A stretch of DNA of 64,000 nucleotides from positions 34,100,001 through 34,164,000 of the forward strand of contig OZ281494.1 in the NCBI GenBank assembly GCA_965637545.1. Direction: 5' to 3'. How positions within the stretch are numbered: position 1 is the first letter of the stretch; the number at the start of each line of letters is the position of its first letter. Below are positions 27,216-41,909 of the stretch, piece after piece. This DNA is from Phallusia mammillata. Lineage: Eukaryota. The position numbers and the translations under genes were made by a program. Below the pieces are notes generated by a model. It saw only the letters and a program-made list of their open reading frames with translations. It did no database searches and had not been told where the DNA came from.

Positions 27216-27779
27216 CAGGGGTGGCCAACTTGCCAGTCGTTAAGATCGACGAAAATTTTCTTAATTGTACGCGATCGACTGATCAGTCGTAATTTAGGCT
27301 GACACTAACACAAAGCAATAACGCAAATTTTTTCATGCGATTTGCTTGACAATTGCCACATATTTATGGTCATGAGTTTTGTTGGCAAGCATCACCTAGT
27401 TATTACAACAATAAAACGTCGCATATGCACACAATTTTTATCAAAGTAGTCAGTGGGAACTTTTAAATCTCCCCAATCAATAGCAACAGCTTCGTTAAAG
27501 CAAACACTCAAGTTGTGACGACAAACATTGTAGTTGTTACGACATAATTTGGTGCCAAAATAACAATTGTTACGCAACAAAGAAAGTGACAATTACTTAG
27601 GTATTGTCTTATTACACATGTGTGCGTTGTTTCAAAATGACAGAAGTGCTGTTTTATAATATTTAATTTGTTTTTCAATTAATAAGCGTTTGATTAGTTG
27701 TGGAGAATTTAGTGGCGATCGACCAGTCAAAAGCAGGCGATCGACCAGTCGATCGCGATCGACGTGTTGGCCACACCTG
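27216..27779. mobile_element. hAT (Buster-like) MITE (564 bp)
   Basis: TIRs caggggtggccaac...gttggccacacctg; perfect TSD gtgtaacc; gatcgac subterminal repeats. Confidence 0.9.
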
Positions 27780-28448
27780 GTGTAACCGCTTTAATTTGCT
27801 TTTGTGTCGTGGTTCGAAACTAAACCTTTATTTGACACAAAAACGATTGATTTGTAACAATGGATTGTGACGAAACAGACGCCTCATGCATGCACATATA
27901 TAACAAACGCGTTTGATGTAGTTCAATTAAACGTTCAAGCGTACTTTTAGCGAAGAAACTTAATTTTCCTGTAAATAGTTTTCGCGGAAAATTTAGCGCT
28001 GGCCTAGTCAGTACAAAGAAAGCGTTTGTGTTGATTAACAATCACAACGTCCATGTTGCATTTAGCCTCTTTGTTGTGCAGCCAATTGATTTTGAGTTTA
28101 TGTTTTAATGAAATCAGTCTTTTACAATATTACCTTTCTTACTATTTTTAATTCCTTTTCAAGAATATACAAAAGAATATAATATATTCTTAATCGACCT
28201 GTCGCCCGGGTTCTTGTGATAAAAAGTGGTCAGGAAAACAGCACAGGTCCAGAAATACTTTTTTGAGTAAAGCTTTCATATAAAGAAACGTTTTGAATAA
28301 TTATTAAAAATAAATAAAAAAGAGCAATTTTGGTCCTATAAGTAGATCGAAAGATTACTTAACTACTAACGCATTATACAACAATAGTTTTGTTCTGGAA
28401 AATATTACAAACGTATTTCCTTTTGATACAGAGTTGCTATAGTAAACA

Positions 28449-29793
28449 ATGGAGTCGCTTTATACTAGAAAACATATGGCCTGGCTAAACCAGTATGCTG
28501 GAATGCATTACGGCGAGCGCTACCTTCAAGAACGTTGGAGCAAATTTCTTCCAACGGAATTCTTTAAATACGTTGCCCAGCTTTCAAAATTGTCAATTCA
28601 TGCCTTTGACGAGGTAGTTAAACTAAGAGACATACTGATTTTATTGTGTGTGTTTTTACTTTATTATCACCCAGGCGTGCACCAACAAAAGAGCTTTAGA
28701 TCTTGGATGCAATGTTGGTGGTGTTACGTTCAACCTGGCAGCGAAATTTGATGAAGTTATCGGGTTGGATTGTTCCGAAGGCTTCATTGAGGTTTGTGAG
28801 GAACTGAAGGAAAACGGAAAAGCCACAATTTACCCGTGTGAAGAGGGAGACCTGGATACAGAAATGATGGCTGAGATACCAGATTCAATGGTAAGTCAAT
28901 TTAGAAGAGATGGGCGCTTTAATACCTTAACAACCCAACGAACATGCCATTTTCACAAAGACATCGCTGTTTACAATGCTTACTTTTATTTTCATACGTC
29001 CATATGTAAAAATCTTAGTTGTTTATTGAGGTTATCGCGACATTAAAATGTTTACGCTGCAGCAATTGTGGTAAAGTATCTGACATAACATCAGATTTTT
29101 TGCACGGAATCTTTAGGATCGAAGCAGGTGCAGTTTTATATTGGGAGATGCTCATGCTTTGCCTTCTGACATTGGAAAGTTCGGTTGTGTGGTGGTGAGC
29201 TGCTTGCTCGATCGGCTTGAGAACCCGATGAAAATGTTAAAGAGCCTTCCTGATCTTGTGGACGACAAAGGCATCTGCGTGGTCTCTGATCCTTATACTT
29301 TTTTGGAAGCCTTTACACCTAAGGTAATACCATGAAATTTGTTGACAAGGAATTGAATTGTAGTATGTGAAAAAAGATATAAAATCATAATGAGCATTTT
29401 TTTGCAAAGTGACCGGTACTATACTTTTAGAACGTTTAACCGTTTTAGTCTCTTAGTAAGGTTTTGACATGTAAACTGATACAGTTTTTGCAAAGCTGTA
29501 GCCTATAACGTTTTGCTAATTCCACTACATTAGAATTTGTTGATAAATTGTAGATTTTTTACAGCAATTCCACATGATGTTTTTAGGAGAACTGGCTTGG
29601 TGGATACTTGAATAAAGATGGCAAAGAGGTTAAGGCGTCCAATACTATGAAGCAGGTTATGTCTGACAAAATGGAACTTATCCAGATAGAGGAAATGCCG
29701 TTTATGATACAAGATCAAGCCCGTGTTTGTCAATTGGCTGTTTCGGAAGTCCAAGTTTGGAAGAAGAAAACATGTATAGAACAGGGCAACTGA
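28449..29793 (+). CDS. OvoA-Cterm-like methyltransferase copy 5 (264 aa); join(28449..28613,28675..28890,29117..29323,29587..29793)
   Basis: Open frame, canonical sites, 61-nt intron 1; SCLLDRLENP and DPYTFLEAFTPK (closest to the recalled OvoA SPYTWLEE motif). Confidence 0.92.
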
Positions 29794-30177
29794 TTTGTTT
29801 GAAAACAGACGCTCCGAACATGCACCGTTTCATACTTATGCATGAAAACCTTAATTCATCTTTGTCGTATGGTTTGTTTTGTCTATTTATACTTCATTTT
29901 TGTCAAAATAAACTTATTAAAATACATTGCGTGTTTGAAAACCATTATTTTAAGTTTTGGGTCCCAATGGCGAAGTGAGGTTGTGCATGACAACGCTAAA
30001 ACATTTGTTAGTTGCACATTAACTTCCACAAAAACCACAGTGTTTTTCCTGCAAATTGTGCTGCCAACAGTAATTAGTTTGGCGCAAGCCTTAAATAGTT
30101 GGTATAAATTCTTTGCATGATGGAAGTATAAAGCCAACTTTTGCAACAAAAACTGATGATAAACCTTGAACAAGGTA

Positions 30178-31104
30178 CCTGCAGCTAACAAGGCCCATTA
30201 AAAAACTATTGCGTATAACTGAAAAAAACATTTAACCGTTCCAGGCCAAATTCGGCATGATTGTTGCAGAGGTTGATATTAAACATCCATTAAATTTTGA
30301 GGGCGTTTGCAAGTTTTGTTTTTGTAGGATAACAGTTTAAAAAAAATTAAAACTTGGGCCTTAATACAAACCTATGCTGTTAATAAAGCCCAACATTTTC
30401 ATATTTTTAAAAATAGTCTAGAAACCAATCAGACTCATTTATACTTTGCTTCGGTCAAATAAAAGTTCAAACAAGCAACGTTATTAACTTATATTACACA
30501 TATACTGTTAACTAAGACATATAACTGTTAATCTGAAGGTACTAAAAAAAGAATAAACGACCCCTTGACATTTGATAACCAAAAATACTAAACGAAAGAT
30601 TACTTCCACAAACATCTTATTCGGACATTTTATCTCCCTAAGAAAGCAAAAAAGCAAATTTTGTGCATATCAGTCGCTTTTACTATAAAAGAGACTTGAG
30701 AAAATAACAAATTATCGTTGGGCCTTATTGCAAGCAATGCCTGATAAACAAAACCGTAATAAAATTTATTTGAAGTAATTCTTTTTTCCTGATCGGATAA
30801 TGCTCCAATTAAACTAAAATGACCCCATTACTAATATATATTAATAAGTTTTCATTTCGACAACACAACCTTTTCATTTTTGCTATCAATTTTAACAAAA
30901 AATAATAAAAAGTTGAAAATAAACCCTTCTTAATTTGGATTGGTCATGATAACAATTACATATAACTTGCAGGTCCAAAACTTTGTAAATCATTTTAAGT
31001 ACATATATATTTTAAAATTACATCAAAACGGAAGCATTTTTTCTGGCACATAAAAAAATATTAGCAGTGGGCCTTATTACCTTCCGGGCCTATATACCTT
31101 CAGG
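30178..31104. mobile_element. TA-flanked non-autonomous DNA element (imperfect ~20-bp TIRs)
   Basis: TA|cctgcagctaacaaggccc...gggcctatataccttcagg|TA; a shorter family member lies at 47583-47905. Confidence 0.65.
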
Positions 31105-31817
31105 TACCTCATATTTTTTTTATCAACCCAAAGCCTAAATAATTTACTAGAAAATAACTAGAAACAGATCAAGAGTTTTCTACGCATTTTGATTTTATTT
31201 TACAGAGAACTGCAAGATTTTAAAATTCTTTAGTTCATGCAATTTAAGTTTTTTGTAATTTCTCAATACATGTTACAAATGTAATTAAACATTCGTTTGA
31301 CAAATATAAGAATCCAGTGTCCTGTCATCAACCTGTTACGAACGGTGGATCGACAGGGTTTAATACGACAAGAACAGCATTTACAGCTGTTTTCTCGTCC
31401 ACAGTTTCCGAACATTAACACGTGCTGAGAGGAGATCCTTTCTGCTTCATTGACGTCATAAGCGTCAGATGTTAGACCTTGTTTGCAGGCGAAACCAAAC
31501 GTGAGAAATTCAGGCAGCCAAACAAAAGCTTCAGTTGTAATTTATATAATAGTCTATTGCATGTGTTTGCAACAAGACAGTGCAGTCCTTTTATCGGCTT
31601 GTTTTAGGTGCTGTTGATTATAATCAATAATATTAGCTGTGTAAATGATTTATATTTTATAAAAAACCGACCAAACTATAGTTTACAAGGCGTTAAAGAA
31701 ACCTATACCAGACCAAAAGATTTTTTATACTCGGCCTACGACAGATTTTTTTATACTTGCCTTTGATATGATCTCTTCCTTTTATTTAATGTAGAGTCAA
31801 TATAAGTTAGTAAAAAA

Positions 31818-33143
31818 ATGGAGTCGATTTATGCTAAGAAGGATTCTGGATGGGTCAACCATTACGCTGGAATTCATTACGGTGCACGCTTTCTTCAAAC
31901 AAAATGGAACAAGTTTGTACCAGCAGAAAATTTTAAATTTGTCGAAAATCTGTTGTCGATCGCTTCGGTTGATCAGGTAAATTAGAATTAAGCAATTACA
32001 TTTATTTCTCGTAACATTTTTTGTTTCATTTGAACAGGCGTGCAGCAACAAAAGAGCTTTGGATCTTGGTTGTTGTGTTGGTGGTGTCACATTCAACCTG
32101 GCAGCGAAATTTGATGAAGTTATCGGTATCGATATCAACAAAGACTTTATAGAGCTCTGTGACGAACTCAAGAAAAACGGCAAAGCTACAATTTACTCGT
32201 GTGAAGAGGGCGACCTGGAAACAGAAATGATGGCTGAGATACCAGATTCTATAGTAAGTTGGTCGCTAAAGCATGTTTAAATCAGTAAAACAAAAATTAC
32301 TTACAGACTAAAATTGATAACTAGTCCATCGTTTTGATATGACCCATTCAAACATATTTTCGTCTTGCACTGGAAATCATTTTTTTAATCAAAAATAGAC
32401 CCTTACAGTTGAAGAAATAAGAAAGGCAATGATGACAGCAACACGTTTGACAGGTTTTCTATATTGGATGAAAAAAACTGCGTGTGTTGTCGAAAATAAA
32501 ACAGATGGTGTTTTTGTGAGTTTCTTAGTCGTGAGGACGTAATAAGTCTATTTTAATCCCAGTTATAACTTATTTCTTAGGACCGAGGCAGGTGCAGTTT
32601 TATATTGGGAGATGTCCTTGCTTTGCCTTCTGACATTGGAACGTTCGGTTGTTTGGTGGTGAGCAACTTGCTTCACTGTATCAAAAACCCGATAACAGTT
32701 TTGAAGACAATCCCTAGTCTCTTGGATGATAACGGAATCTGCGTAATCGCTTCTCCTCACTATTCTTCCGAAAACTTCACACCAAAAGTATATATTTTAA
32801 ATTGCCTATGCTGGTAATGAATTTTAGAGTACACACCACCATAGAAACTTCGTCAAGGAAAACCAACGCACATACACACGCACGCAATGTTAACCTTTCT
32901 CACGTGTTTCCCCCCCACTAAGTTATTAACAAAAAACATGTTTAGGAGAACTGGATTGGTGGCTATTTTACCCAAGACGGCAAGACGGTCACATCATCAC
33001 AAACTATAAAGAAGGTTTTAAGTGACGAAATGGAAGTTATTTGCACAGTGGATATTCCGTTTACATTGCAGTATCGGGGCCGTGTATGCGAACTAGCTGT
33101 TGCAGAAGTGCAGGTCTGGAAGAAGTTGCCAAAAGTTATTTAA
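31818..33143 (+). CDS. OvoA-Cterm-like methyltransferase copy 6 (259 aa); join(31818..31976,32038..32253,32581..32787,32946..33143)
   Basis: Open frame; exon 1 is 159 nt (2-codon deletion); variant motif SNLLHCIKNP; weak intron 3 donor GTATAT. Confidence 0.88.
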
Positions 33144-34401
33144 ACAGCACTGCGGAATAGTTTAAAGAAATTGATTACCTATAGCCTTATGATTTCAACT
33201 TCATAAGCATACGTTGCAAATAAAATATGCTGATTAATTCCCTTGTTTAAAATAACAAGTTCTTCGACTGACTTTTGGTTTTAGAAATATTTTAAGCCTT
33301 GTAATAAATAGTTAAACAGTTTAATTTATGATATTGATTGCTGTGTTTTCAATATAAAAATGCAAACTAATGGTTTTATTGGGACAGTGCAAAAAGAATT
33401 TTGCTACCAAGCTATTCAGAAACAATCAAATAGATTACAAATAATCCACACAATAATTATCTTTACTGCTAACATTGAAACCATGTCCAAAGTTAATAAA
33501 CTTGTTTGTGGTGTGGTTTGACATCCTTTTGTATTTAATGCAGATATTCAAAACAAAACAAAATTTCCATTGTCATTTCTAACAGCCTATCATGAATCAA
33601 TATCCTAGAAAAACACTACATAAGTACAAGGGAACATTTCAAACTGCACGAAAAGCCCCACTACAAAAACCAAACAGTAGTTATAACATGTGTGCATTTA
33701 TTGAAACTCATGTATTTAAAGATTTACCTGTATACGAAAGTAAGTTGTTTTTGATGCTGAAAGTATCCATTTTTGCATTGCAAGTTTTCCACATTTTTGG
33801 TCATCTTTCCTCCCTCTTTTACATTTTAAAAACCTTGATGGCAACTTTGTTTAAGCAGCTATTCAGCAGAACTTCAATTGCAAATATTTGAATTTAAACA
33901 GGACATGCATACAAAATGCTTCTTACCTATTAAATAAGTTTGTTTTCTTTTTTACTGGTTCGGTTTTGCAATACATACTGTATCATCAAAGTTCAGAGTG
34001 CTTAACTACTGGTGGCAGCGTATACCATTGTGCTATTTAAAAACATGACAGCAATGCACTGGATTAGAAATATTTTTGCAATCATAACAGGCCTATAGTT
34101 AGTATACATGTAACTTATCACCTGGTCAGAATGGGGTACACCATACACATTGTTGGGTACTTATTTGAATTGTTCAGACTTCCATACACTTGTCCAATAA
34201 CTTTCCATTTGACTTTGCTTGGAGCTCTGTAAAACAGTTAGCATTTTGTGGTCACTGTATCACTACAGATGATTATGAATAGTCACAAAATGAAGTCACA
34301 AAAGTCAGTGTATAAAATAGTTCAGGAGTTTTAGCTAAATACAATCCACACAAACCAAACATTTGTCTCTACTGCTTATTTATTTATACTAGTTTCTAAA
34401 G

Positions 34402-34645
34402 CAGCAGTTCCCAACCTTTTGTGTGCCGTGACCCCTTGATAACATTTGCCAAGTTGCGGTGACTCCAAGGATAAAATTAGTAGGCTTTAAATTAACATGG
34501 ACTGTATTTTTTCTCAACAATAAAGTGGTCAATGAGTTTATTTTATTGGGGCTAGTGGTTCATGACCTAAAATGAGTTGGGAACCATGCCTTAGGCGACC
34601 CCTGGCAAATTGTTGGGGTCGCGACCCACAGGTTGGGAACCGCTT
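34402..34645. mobile_element. hAT (Buster-like) MITE
   Basis: TIRs cagcagttcccaacc...ggttgggaaccgctt; TSD ttctaaag/ttctgaag. Confidence 0.8.
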
Positions 34646-35422
34646 TTCTGAAGTATTCAATTGGATGTTTGCCCATTCGCCAAACTTCAAATTAAGCGTT
34701 CTGCCTATTACTCCAAACTCTCGCTAGAAATTTTCCTCTGAGTACTTGCAAAGCAATTAATAAACACATTTACCTTTTTCATCAAACCTTACAATTACTT
34801 GTCGGTGGAGACATAGCTGTCATGGGCTGGATTTACAAATAAAAACTCTACCCTTCTGTTCACAATTGGCAGTAGCTAGATAATATGACATGAACTTTAA
34901 TTCTTTCAGGCGGCTAAGTGTGTAATATGCTGTTGTTTTTAAATTTACACAACAAAACAGCACAACATTGGACATTGAATGTTTTTCTTTAAATTTACAT
35001 TAAAACAGCATCATTATTCCAAAACAAATTAAGATTTTTAATATTTTGGTATAGAATCTAACATAAACTGTCAAGTATCAGCTAAACTCTGTGGCTGTCG
35101 GACTTTATTTACATTGCCCAGTTTCGTGTGATAACCCAGTTTCAAATGCCAAACACAGGTAAACGGGTATTTACACAAAGACAAAGCAAACGACAGATCT
35201 CGCAGTACCGAAACCAAAAACTCAAACAATCTAATTTCACAGGTATGGTTGCAGACATGCGGATAAAAACAACAATTTTAAATGGCGTAATAATTTTGCT
35301 GACATATTTTGACCTAAACAAAGTTTTGGAAAATTTTGTCAATAAATTGCAGAACAAGGCAAAAAATATTTGAATTCGTCAATTATAGTGGGCTATTGTG
35401 TTCTCGCATTTTACAACGTAAT

Positions 35423-37400
35423 TTAGGATATTTTGGGCGACTTCAACCAAACTTGAACTTCTGAAATAGTTAATCCAATTTCCCGAGCTTGGTATTGCAA
35501 AACAAATGGAATTTCTACACTCTGAATGAGTTCCATTTTCTCGGACAGAATATCCTTTATAGTTTGTGAAGCTTTCATCTTTTGTCCGTCTTTGTCTAAA
35601 AATCCACCAAGCCAGTTCTCCTAAATTTGTTGAGCAATTTGTTAATAATTTGATACACTGTGAGGCTTATTATGATGCAAAATGCGAAATTGACCTGAAC
35701 TTATGTCAATTATTTACAACAACAGCAATTTTGAGAACCGTACTGTCAGCTATTGTTTGTGTTACATAAAGTAGGCTAATTGAATGGTCATCTCATAAAT
35801 TTCGAACTTGGTCTTCAGTTTGCTGTTTCGTGATTATTCTGATGTGCAGTTTACAGATTTAACTGAGTTTCACAGTTGCCAACAAAGCTTATGACATAAC
35901 CTTTGGTGTAAAATCTTCTAAAGGATCATGAGGAGACGCGATCACACAAATTCCATAATCATCCAAAAGGCCAGGAAGGTTCCTTAAAACTTTTATTGGG
36001 TTCTCAAGACGCCCAATCACGTTGCTTATCACCACACAACCGAACGTTCCAATGTCAGAGGGTAAAGCTTGGACATCTCCCAACTGAAAACTACACCTGC
36101 TTCGATCCTAAAAAAATATGAGAAACAGTAAGTGACATTAGTCAAATACATGATAATGCAGGGTTCTCATTGTTAGGAATAAATTCAGAAAAAAAATCTT
36201 TCATTATAAACAGCAAAACTCGTTAGGCCAATAATGGGCAAATTTTCAGTTGAGGTGTCAACCATATATAATTGTTTGAAACAATTAAGTACAACTATAA
36301 AATTTATAAAAGCTGTAAACTGCTTTCGGGCGCAATTCGTGGTTTAAAAAATTGTTTTACTTTAGGCCGGGTTGTAGCTCGAAATTTGAGCCGCTAACAA
36401 CTCGTAAACAGACGCAAACGTACAATTGAATCTGGTATCTCAGCCATCATTTCTCCGTCCAGATCTCCCTCTTCGCACGAGTAAATTGTTGCTTTTCCGT
36501 TTTTCTTTAGTTCCTCACAGAATTCAATGAAACCTTTGCAACAATCGATACCAATAACTTCATCAAATTTTTCTGCCAGGTTGAATGTGGTACCACCAAC
36601 ACAACAACCAAGATCCAAAGCTCTTTTGTTTGTGCACGTCTGAAATATGGAACCAAATAAGCACGTATAAATATATCAAAAATATAAAATATGTGGATCA
36701 ACCATAAATGGTCTATTTATGCGGTCCAGTGATAAAGGCACTCAGACTAGACCAGTGGTTCTCAACCTTTTTTCTTTCGTGGCCCATTTTCATTGCTTAA
36801 AAATTCTGTGGCCCAGTAAATTTTTTTAAAAGAAAAAAAACAACTTTTGAATAGGTTAAGAAAAAAATGCAGAACATATTTCAAACAGATTATAAGTAAT
36901 TGGACAATGGATATGATTCTATTATCTGGCTTTATTGTAATCACAAAGTAGTTTATTACATCATAAACATAAAGTGTTGCAGAAACTCAAAGTAACTTTA
37001 TACCGTAATAAGATTAATTTAAATTTATTTACATCCCTTCTCAATTCCTCCCCAAGCCATTATGTTTGTAAAACTGTGTTGCAAAGCTTTCTATTTGATT
37101 GGTCTGTGGCCCAATCAAAATGCTTACATGGCCCACCGGGTTGAGAACCGCTGGACTGGACCTTGTAAAAACGTTTGGTACACAGACTTTGTAAGGTTTG
37201 GCCTATTAGAAAAAAAACTGATTATTTTTAATTACCTCGTCAACAGAAGCAAATAGTAATTTAGACATTTTTTCGACGTATTCAAAGTTTTCTGCAGGAA
37301 GAAATTCTCTCCAACGGTTTTTAAGGTATCTGGCGCCGTAATGCATTCCAGTAAAGAGGTTCAACCAGGCCATGTGTTTTTTAGCATATTGCGACTCCAT
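35423..37400 (-). CDS. OvoA-Cterm-like methyltransferase copy 7 (261 aa); complement join(37236..37400,36424..36639,35901..36107,35423..35620)
   Basis: Open frame, canonical sites; exon 3 protein nearly identical to copy 1 (NVIGRLENP, SPHDPLEDFTPK). Confidence 0.92.
36753..37153. mobile_element. hAT (Buster-like) MITE in copy 7 intron 1
   Basis: TIRs cagtggttctcaacc...ggttgagaaccgctg; TSD gactagac/gactggac. Confidence 0.87.
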
Positions 37401-38569
37401 AATTAACAACAACACTAAGGGAAGAAATATAAAATACGAATTAAGTTGATGAAAATCATCATGTTGTAATTAAATTTCTAGATCAATGTAAAACCATTGA
37501 ATTAAACAAATTTACAATCAGTTGCTTTACCGATTTTAGGTCATTTAATATGACACTTATAGTTGCGCACTTCCTTGCTGCAAAAGCTTGTAATAAACTA
37601 TTAACAACTTGAGGTTTTGATGTCTGAATTTCCTCAATTGCCTGTAAAAATAAGATCTTACATGTAACGCTTACGATGCCAATGGTGGCATGAAAATGAT
37701 CTTCTGTTAGCATGTGGCAATATTTGAAAACGGTGTATCGGCTGCCCGTTTAACACCTAAAGCAGGTTGTTAAACATAGTTTATGTGATTGTGAAACACA
37801 CTGTTACTTTCACGCAATTGGGACATTGCAAAATTTGGCCTGCTTTAAGCGATTTCAGTTTTCACCAGAATAACATCTTTCTCTTTCCCGGTTAAAGGTG
37901 TAACTGACATGGTTTAACGAGACAACAAAACATGCCACAACTCCATGACTTTCAAACAGGGTAATGTGCTGGTCTCAAAATAAAGGATTTTTACAGTGGT
38001 CGGATAACATTAAAAATAACTCGCCTGGGCCACATAGGTTATTTAACGCAAAGCCGTTCCAACGAATAAGGTTTATTTTAAGATGTAACTTATATAAAGA
38101 CCAAAACACTCGCACACAGTAGTTTGGTGACCCGTGTTTTAGCTGTGGGTTACAGCTATAGCTAAACTAAAAGTTTGAAACGAAACGGCTTGATTTCACC
38201 AATGATTGCCTCACATCTACATCAGCCGAACTGTAGGAAAATAAAACAAAATCGTAACAATTCACAATTTAAAATAGCTTTTACTAACTTTTCACATCTG
38301 TTTTTAAACAAAGTGCAACTGAAATGCTTTCCTTGACTTGAGTTATCCGAAATGAACCGGACTCCGCGTAGCTTCAGGCTTAATTACTTTTCTTCTGAAA
38401 CCAAATTTCATTCCGCACAATGTTTTGATTTTCATTCTGCACAATGTTTTGCCAAACATCTGCTATGAAGGATGGCTCATTCTTTTGCACACGGCATGGC
38501 TTCCTGCTCCTGTTCGTGTGAAACAAACTCCATCGTTGTATTTCGAAATGAACTGTAGTGTTTAGTGTT

Positions 38570-39360
38570 GGTAGGCTGCAACTTAAAAAACCTTCGGCTC
38601 CAAGTAAATTTTTCTTGACATGTCTTCTGGCAAACTTCATTGGAAGTTTGTACTCGCACATGCCTCCAGACCACCTTTGGAGAAGATTTCCTTCGAACAT
38701 ACAGTCTGCTTGTTGATGAAAAACGCCAATGCTTGGTACATGCTCAGTCGTTAATTAGCATTGTCATAGACAAGACAAACCAAGCACACCTCGCCTAAAT
38801 GCGATTAGCAACACGCAACCTGACCGATACTTAATCCCACATATCCAGGATTTTACTACACGTCTGTCAGGTGCTACAGTTGTTTCTAAAATCGACTTTG
38901 CCCGAGGATACCATCATGTACCTGCTGTGCCAGCAAACATTCCCAAACGGCTGTCGTAACGCTGTTCAAACATTTTCAGTTTCTGCGCATGACGTTTAGA
39001 CTTAAAAATATAGCGCAAACGTTGTCAAAAATGATGGATACATTGTGTCAATCTTCTCAATTCGTCTTCGTTTATCTAGATGGCGTAATGGTTGCAAGCA
39101 AATCATCAGAAGAACATAACAACCATCTTCGTCAGCTTTTAAACAACCGGCAAACCACGAACTTGTCATTACTCTAGCCAAGTGTAATGTTGGAAAAACG
39201 AAAAACGATTTTCTCGGACACCGCGTAAATAGATTTAATGCAAGACCATTACCTGACAAAGTCAAGGCAATTCAAAGCTTTTCAAAACCTACCACGATCA
39301 AAGGTCTGCAAGAGATTTTTGGCAGGATAAAATTTCATCACAGATTTTTTTCCTGCTGCA
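38570..39360 (+). mobile_element. Degenerate Ty3/Gypsy pol remnant (protease C-terminus and reverse transcriptase)
   Basis: Frameshifted translation: WKFVLAHASRPPL..EDFLRTYSLLVDEKRQCLVHAQS; RLNAISNTQPDRYLIPHIQDFTTRLSGATVVSKIDFARGYHHVP; TAVVTLFKHFQFLRMTFRLKNIAQT...FVFVYLDG (decayed YxDD); KCNVG...FLGHRV...PLPDKVKAIQSFSKPTTIKGLQEIFG. Confidence 0.92.
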
Positions 39361-40192
39361 GTCAAATTTAAAATGCCACTGACGATTTTTTGGCGTCGGA
39401 CATAGAAGGCCAAATTATTGTCTTTTGTCCGATGTTTAGGCCATCTGGCAACCCTGATTGAACTCAATAACACCTATTGTAGAAATTATGTCGATACTCT
39501 TGTGGTTGACTTGTTTTCGGGTGATCGGTTACTATACTACTAAAAATTAATAAGCCTTATTCATTTTTGTTGCTTGAGGGATGCATACATGCAATTTGAG
39601 CAATTTGAACTTGCAGATGATATAGTAAAGCTACCATAATCACTTGTGACCTTACAATTATTTTCAAAACTTGCAAGATGTAAAAGGCCACAGACCAGTT
39701 TTCACTAATTCTTGAAGTATAAAAAATTGGAAATCTCTGGCTTAAAAATGGCGCATTGATTTTCCGCATTTGGTATGATTTAAAACGTGGATCTTTTAAA
39801 GCTATGCACTTAACATATCTAAAATGTGCTTATGTTATTTGACTGGGGTGGAGAATTGTATTTGGCGGAATAGCTGTTTAAAAACGACTTATAAAACTGG
39901 GTACCACTTTCACAACACTGTAATGAAAAGGCAAATGAGCATTTAAACTTGACATTTTGGCACTGATATTGAATTTAGCTCTGATGCAAAATCAAAGGCG
40001 ATGCACTGCAGTTTGTTGTTAAAACCAGAAATTTACCATATTACACTGGGGAAGAAATGCACATCTTGTTTTTTGTTGTGCTTTTTGTTTCATCAAAGCC
40101 ATTAATTTGCATATTTGATTTTATTTCCTACACATTATAATGCATTAGTAATTAATATTAAAATTTACTATTTCAAATCGTATATTACAAGG

Positions 40193-41769
40193 CTATTTAA
40201 TTGTTTTGGGCAACTTTTTCCAGACTTGAACTTCTGAAATAACTACTTGAAAAACACGGCTTTGGTCCTGTTCTACAAATGGAATATCAACAGTCTGAAT
40301 GAGTTCCATTTGATCAGACAGAATCTTCTTTATAGAATTTGTTGCTTCAACTATTTGTCCATCTTGGTTCACATATCCACCAAGCCAGTTCTCCTGAAAT
40401 TGTAAAACAATTTACAAAACTTTCAAAATTTGGCTGCAAACCTGGTAAAATGTAAGTATTAAGTTTTAGGCATCATAAAAATAACTTTTAGAAAACTTTA
40501 AGAAAACAGACAAGCTAATATACTGTAAAAAAACATAACGTTTTGACAAGCATACAAGGGAATATAGCTTCAAGATAAAATTGGATGTAAGTGAACATCC
40601 ACTAAAAGCATGAAGAACACAGAAACTGCAAATATACAGAAAAGTTTTCTATATAGGGCTAAATACCTTTGGTGTAAACGCTTCTAGGAAACAATGAACA
40701 TCAGCCACAACGCAGATGCCGTTTTCAGCCACGAGGTCAGGGAGGCTTTTTACAACTTTAATAGGGTTTTCTAGGCGGTCGAGAACGTTGCTTATTACCA
40801 CACAACCGAACTTTCCAAGGTCAGAAGGCAAAGCATGGACATCTCCCCACATAAAACTGCATCTGCTTCGGTCCTAAAGAATCAATTATTAGAAATCAAA
40901 CTTTTTTTAAAAAACCTCTTTCCTTATCAAAGGTGGTTAGTTTTTTAGGCCCACTCGACTGGTTCCACCAACGTAAAACTTTCTTTAGCTAATGTTTTTT
41001 CTCGCGTTTGAAATGTTTTAATGTTTTCCGATGTGTTGGCCTCCAGGTATGCTTACAAAAATGTTTGGGCCCAGGTAATGTGTTTCTCAACTGGTTTAAA
41101 GTTTCATCTGTTGCAAACTAACTTACAATTGAATCTGGTATCTCAGCGATCATTTCTGTATCCAGGTCGCCCTCTTCGCACGAGTAAATTGTTAATTTTC
41201 CATATTTCTTTATTTTTTCGCCAACCTCAATGAAACCTTTGGAATAGTCGATACCGATAACTTCATCAAATTTTTGTGCCAACTTGAATGTGACTCCACC
41301 AACATTGCATCCAAGATCTAAAGCTCTTTTGTTGGTGCACGCCTGCATGAGCAGAAATTATAAATGTAAAGTAGGCAATTATGAATATATATATGCTAAA
41401 GCAGTGGCCCTCAAGCGGGATGTAATTTACTTTAATTTGTACACGTGGTTTGTAATTAGACACTTTAGCTTTGAGAATATAATCTGTGAAATTTATAATG
41501 ACCCATTTTTAAATAATCTTTGTACAGTTTAGAGCTATAGCATCTACTATTTAGTATATTGGGAAGGAATTAGGATGTGTAATTTGTGAAAAATTCCTAA
41601 TTACCTCATCAAATGAATCAATGGACAACTTTGAAAACTTTTCGACAAATTTAAAATTTTCTTCAGGAATAAATTTGCTCCAACGTTTTTGAAGGTAGCG
41701 GGAACCGTAATGCAGTCCTGTGAACTGGTTCAGCCATATCATATGTTTCCTAGTATAAAGCGAGTCCAT
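40193..41769 (-). CDS. OvoA-Cterm-like methyltransferase copy 8 (262 aa); complement join(41605..41769,41127..41342,40667..40873,40193..40393)
   Basis: Open frame, canonical sites; MWGDVHALPSDLGKFGC subtype shared with copies 10 and 11. Confidence 0.92.
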
Positions 41770-41909
41770 CACCAACTGCACCGAAAAAAAACAAAAACTG
41801 GTGCTAATATTTCGACAAAAAAATCGTTTCAATGCAGTACCTGTAAACCAATTTGAGTAAAACTGACGTAACTCTGTGTTCAATCGCAATGTACCCACTT
41901 AGTTTAGGT

